Shown here one piece after another: positions 61,744 through 64,000 of a DNA stretch of 64,000 nucleotides. How positions within the stretch are numbered: position 1 is the stretch's first letter; the number at the start of each line of letters is the position of its first letter. The notes beneath the pieces are model-generated. The model was not told the DNA's origin. It ran no database searches and was given only the letters and a program-made list of their open reading frames with translations. A program made the translations under genes and the position numbers. Source of the DNA: Bacillus subtilis subsp. subtilis str. 168 (lineage in GTDB: Bacteria; Bacillota; Bacilli; Bacillales; Bacillaceae); NCBI RefSeq assembly GCF_000009045.1, contig NC_000964.3, forward strand, positions 186,001 through 250,000, in the 5' to 3' direction.

Positions 61744-62277
61744 GTGAATTACATCCCCTGTATGATTACGATAGGAAACTTCATTTGCGGATTGCTGGCG
61801 ATTCATTCCTTGCTATATCACAACATTCATTCAGCAGTGCTTTTTATTTTTACAGGCATGTTCCTTGATTTCTTTGACGGGATGGCTGCTCGTAAGCTGA
61901 ATGCCGTTTCTGATATGGGGAGAGAACTGGATTCGTTTGCCGATCTGGTTACGTTTGGGGTGGCTCCTTCTATGCTTGCTTACAGTGTCGCGTTGTATAC
62001 CCTGCCATTTATCGGGATCTTATGCGCATTGACGTACAGCATTTGCGGAATGCTTCGCCTCTCTAAATTTAACATTGAACAAAGCAAGCTCCCGACGTTT
62101 ATCGGTATGCCGATTCCGTTTGCGGGCATGTGTCTCGTTATTCTAAGCTTCACCTATAACCCGATCCTTCTGGCAATCGGCACTTGCGGACTCTCATATT
62201 TGATGGTGAGTAAAATAAAATTCCCTCATTTTAAAAAACATGCGGCAGAAAACCTGGAGTCTGGGAGATGGAATTAG
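61744..62277 (+). CDS. pssA: Phosphatidylserine synthase
   Basis: GTG start behind GGAGG; DFFDG.AAR...G..LDSFAD CDP-alcohol motif. Confidence 0.96.
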   Translation: MNYIPCMITIGNFICGLLAIHSLLYHNIHSAVLFIFTGMFLDFFDGMAARKLNAVSDMGRELDSFADLVTFGVAPSMLAYSVALYTLPFIGILCALTYSICGMLRLSKFNIEQSKLPTFIGMPIPFAGMCLVILSFTYNPILLAIGTCGLSYLMVSKIKFPHFKKHAAENLESGRWN

Positions 62278-62756
62278 TTCAGCAGCTCATAGCGGATTAC
62301 GGTTATCTCGCTATTTTTTTGATGCTGGTATTAGGAATTGTAGGATTGCCGATTCCAGATGAAGTGATGATGACCGTTGTTGGCTATTTCACGCATACCG
62401 ATGTATTGAATTATGAGCTTTCGATATTGATTAGTTTTGTCGGGGCTTTGTTAGGTATGCTGATCAGCTACATGATTGGCAGAAAAGCCGGACGCCCGTT
62501 TATCGACAAGTACGGCAAGTGGGTCGGCTTAAAAGAAAAAAGAATGATGAAAGTGGAAAAATGGATGAAGAAATACGGTCCATATTCTCTTATTTTAGGT
62601 TATTTTATTCCCGGCGTCAGACATGTGACGTGCTACTTTTCGGGGATCGGCAAAATGGATCTGAAAACGTATGTTGCGTTTGCTGCAATCGGCGCCTTTT
62701 TATGGTGCTTTGTTTTTATTACAATCGGAAGGGTTATAGGGATTATTCATGTTTAA
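62268..62756 (+). CDS. ybfM: DedA-family membrane protein
   Basis: GLPIPDE and FIPGVR DedA motifs; between pssA and psd. Confidence 0.93.
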   Translation: MELVQQLIADYGYLAIFLMLVLGIVGLPIPDEVMMTVVGYFTHTDVLNYELSILISFVGALLGMLISYMIGRKAGRPFIDKYGKWVGLKEKRMMKVEKWMKKYGPYSLILGYFIPGVRHVTCYFSGIGKMDLKTYVAFAAIGAFLWCFVFITIGRVIGIIHV

Positions 62757-63540
62757 TACGGCTGTAAAGATTCTGTATCGATCATTGATAGAGCTGACGA
62801 ATCATCGTCTGTCATCCTATCTGATTAAAGGATTTTGCGAGTCGAAAATCAGCAAACCGGTCATTCCGCTTTTCTCAAAACATTTTCGGCTGAATTGGGA
62901 TGATGTGGACGGTACGGCTGCTGATTACGGATCGCTGTCCGAATTGTTCATTCGACAAATAAATCTGGAGCGGCGCCCTGTGTCAAAAGAGGCGCATGCG
63001 GTGGTCAGCCCTGTTGACGGTGTGGTTCAGACGGTAGGAATCATCAACCCGAATCAAACCTTTACGGTGAAGGGAAAAGATTACTCATTCGCTGAGCTGA
63101 CCGGCTGTAAAAGCGCAGACCATCAATACAACGGCGGATATTTCGTCGTGCTGTATTTAAGCCCGAGGCATTATCACCGTTTCCATTCTCCGATCAGCTG
63201 CAGGTATCAAAAGCTGGCCGAGCTCGGAAATCGCTCATACCCGGTAAATCAACTAGGCTTAAAATACGGGAAAGATGTGCTGTCGAAAAATTATCGGTTT
63301 GTGTACGAGCTGAATAGCGGCAGCCGAAATGTCCTGATGATTCCTGTCGGCGCGATGAATATTAATTCTATCGTGCAGACGAATACCCGTACTGAATTGG
63401 AGATCGGCGAGGAGCTGGGATACTTTTCATTTGGCTCAACCGTCATTTTGGTTTTTGAAAAAGACGCGTTCCAGCCGTCCGCCCATTTAGCAGAAGGCCA
63501 AGAAGTCCAAGTCGGAGAACTGATAGGTTACGAAGAATAA
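62749..63540 (+). CDS. psd: Phosphatidylserine decarboxylase proenzyme
   Basis: SPVDG, YLSP..YHRFH and FGSTV autocleavage motif. Confidence 0.96.
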   Translation: MFNTAVKILYRSLIELTNHRLSSYLIKGFCESKISKPVIPLFSKHFRLNWDDVDGTAADYGSLSELFIRQINLERRPVSKEAHAVVSPVDGVVQTVGIINPNQTFTVKGKDYSFAELTGCKSADHQYNGGYFVVLYLSPRHYHRFHSPISCRYQKLAELGNRSYPVNQLGLKYGKDVLSKNYRFVYELNSGSRNVLMIPVGAMNINSIVQTNTRTELEIGEELGYFSFGSTVILVFEKDAFQPSAHLAEGQEVQVGELIGYEE

Positions 63541-63594
63541 AAAGAGGAGCTTGCATAAACGCAGCGCCTCTTTTTTTGAAGAAAGGTGAGATTC

Positions 63595-63873
63595 ATGGAG
63601 AAACAAATCATCAGCTGGATTACAGATTATCAGAACACCGGAGATGAAGCCGTCCTGCGGCAAGTGCGAGAAGTGTGCTGGCCGATCGTTGAAGCGGTTT
63701 TGCAAGAGAAAGTAATGGATGATGAACAAGCGAACAATTTGCGCGAAAAAGGAATCGAGCGGTTTCCATTCATCATCAGCAAATACCAAGCGGATGTGCA
63801 GCTTCCGGTTGAGACATTTTTACAAAATACGTATCGGTTTTACTTTCATCAGGTGATGAGAGAATCCAGCTAA
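63595..63873 (+). CDS. ybfN: Small protein resembling sigma70 region 2
   Basis: Start MEKQII behind GAAAGGTGAG; followed by a terminator. Confidence 0.8.
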
Positions 63874-63915
63874 AGCTTCTTTCAACAGAGAAGCTTTTTT
63901 TTGTTGGCAGGAAAA

Positions 63916-63942
63916 GGAAACTTTTTCTATATCTATCTCGTA
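63916..63942 (+). promoter_or_regulatory. ECF (sigmaW-type) promoter of the next gene
   Basis: GGAAAC-N17-CGTA. Confidence 0.7.
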
Positions 63943-63978
63943 ATGACTAGAGAACCTAGCAGAAAAGGAGAGATAGAA

Positions 63979-64000
63979 TTGAAACGAATGATAGTGAGAA
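63979..64000 (+). CDS. ybfO: 5' end of the next gene (runs off the window)
   Basis: TTG AAA CGA ATG behind SD AAAGGAG; identity inferred from gene order only. Confidence 0.6.

Overview
This window matches the Bacillus subtilis (168-like) chromosome at roughly 186-250 kb, recognised from the protein sequences and gene order. In order it holds: the peptidoglycan-recycling operon (murQ-murR-murP-amiE-nagZ-namZ, minus strand), a five-tRNA operon, sigW-rsiW, cdaA-cdaR-glmM, the glmS ribozyme and glmS. An AT-rich accessory island follows (alkA/adaAB, ndhF-ybcC-ybcF-ybcH-ybcI, ybzH-ybcL), ending in a decayed copy of the glmS 3' end. Next come the skf sactipeptide cluster, ybdGJK, prkD, ybxG, csgA, a class D beta-lactamase, cypC, aimA, glpTQ, ybfA-ybfI, purT, mpr, cesB and pssA-ybfM-psd. 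No CRISPR array, rRNA, integrase or phage structural gene was found. Most notable observations: (1) a multiply disrupted Tn7-family tnsA relic starting 47 nt after the glmS stop, which suggests the so-called prophage 1 is a decayed Tn7-like island at attTn7; (2) a ~420-nt leader with terminator/antiterminator potential ahead of a DabAB/MpsAB-type inorganic-carbon transporter operon that also encodes a zinc-ligand-less carbonic anhydrase homologue; (3) a probable wrong-frame small gene (64-aa Arg/Ser/His/Tyr protein); (4) a repeated membrane module in YbfF and frameshifted ybfE behind a putative cell-wall hydrolase; (5) YbfN, which resembles an isolated sigma-factor region 2. Family assignments come from recalled motifs, not database searches.
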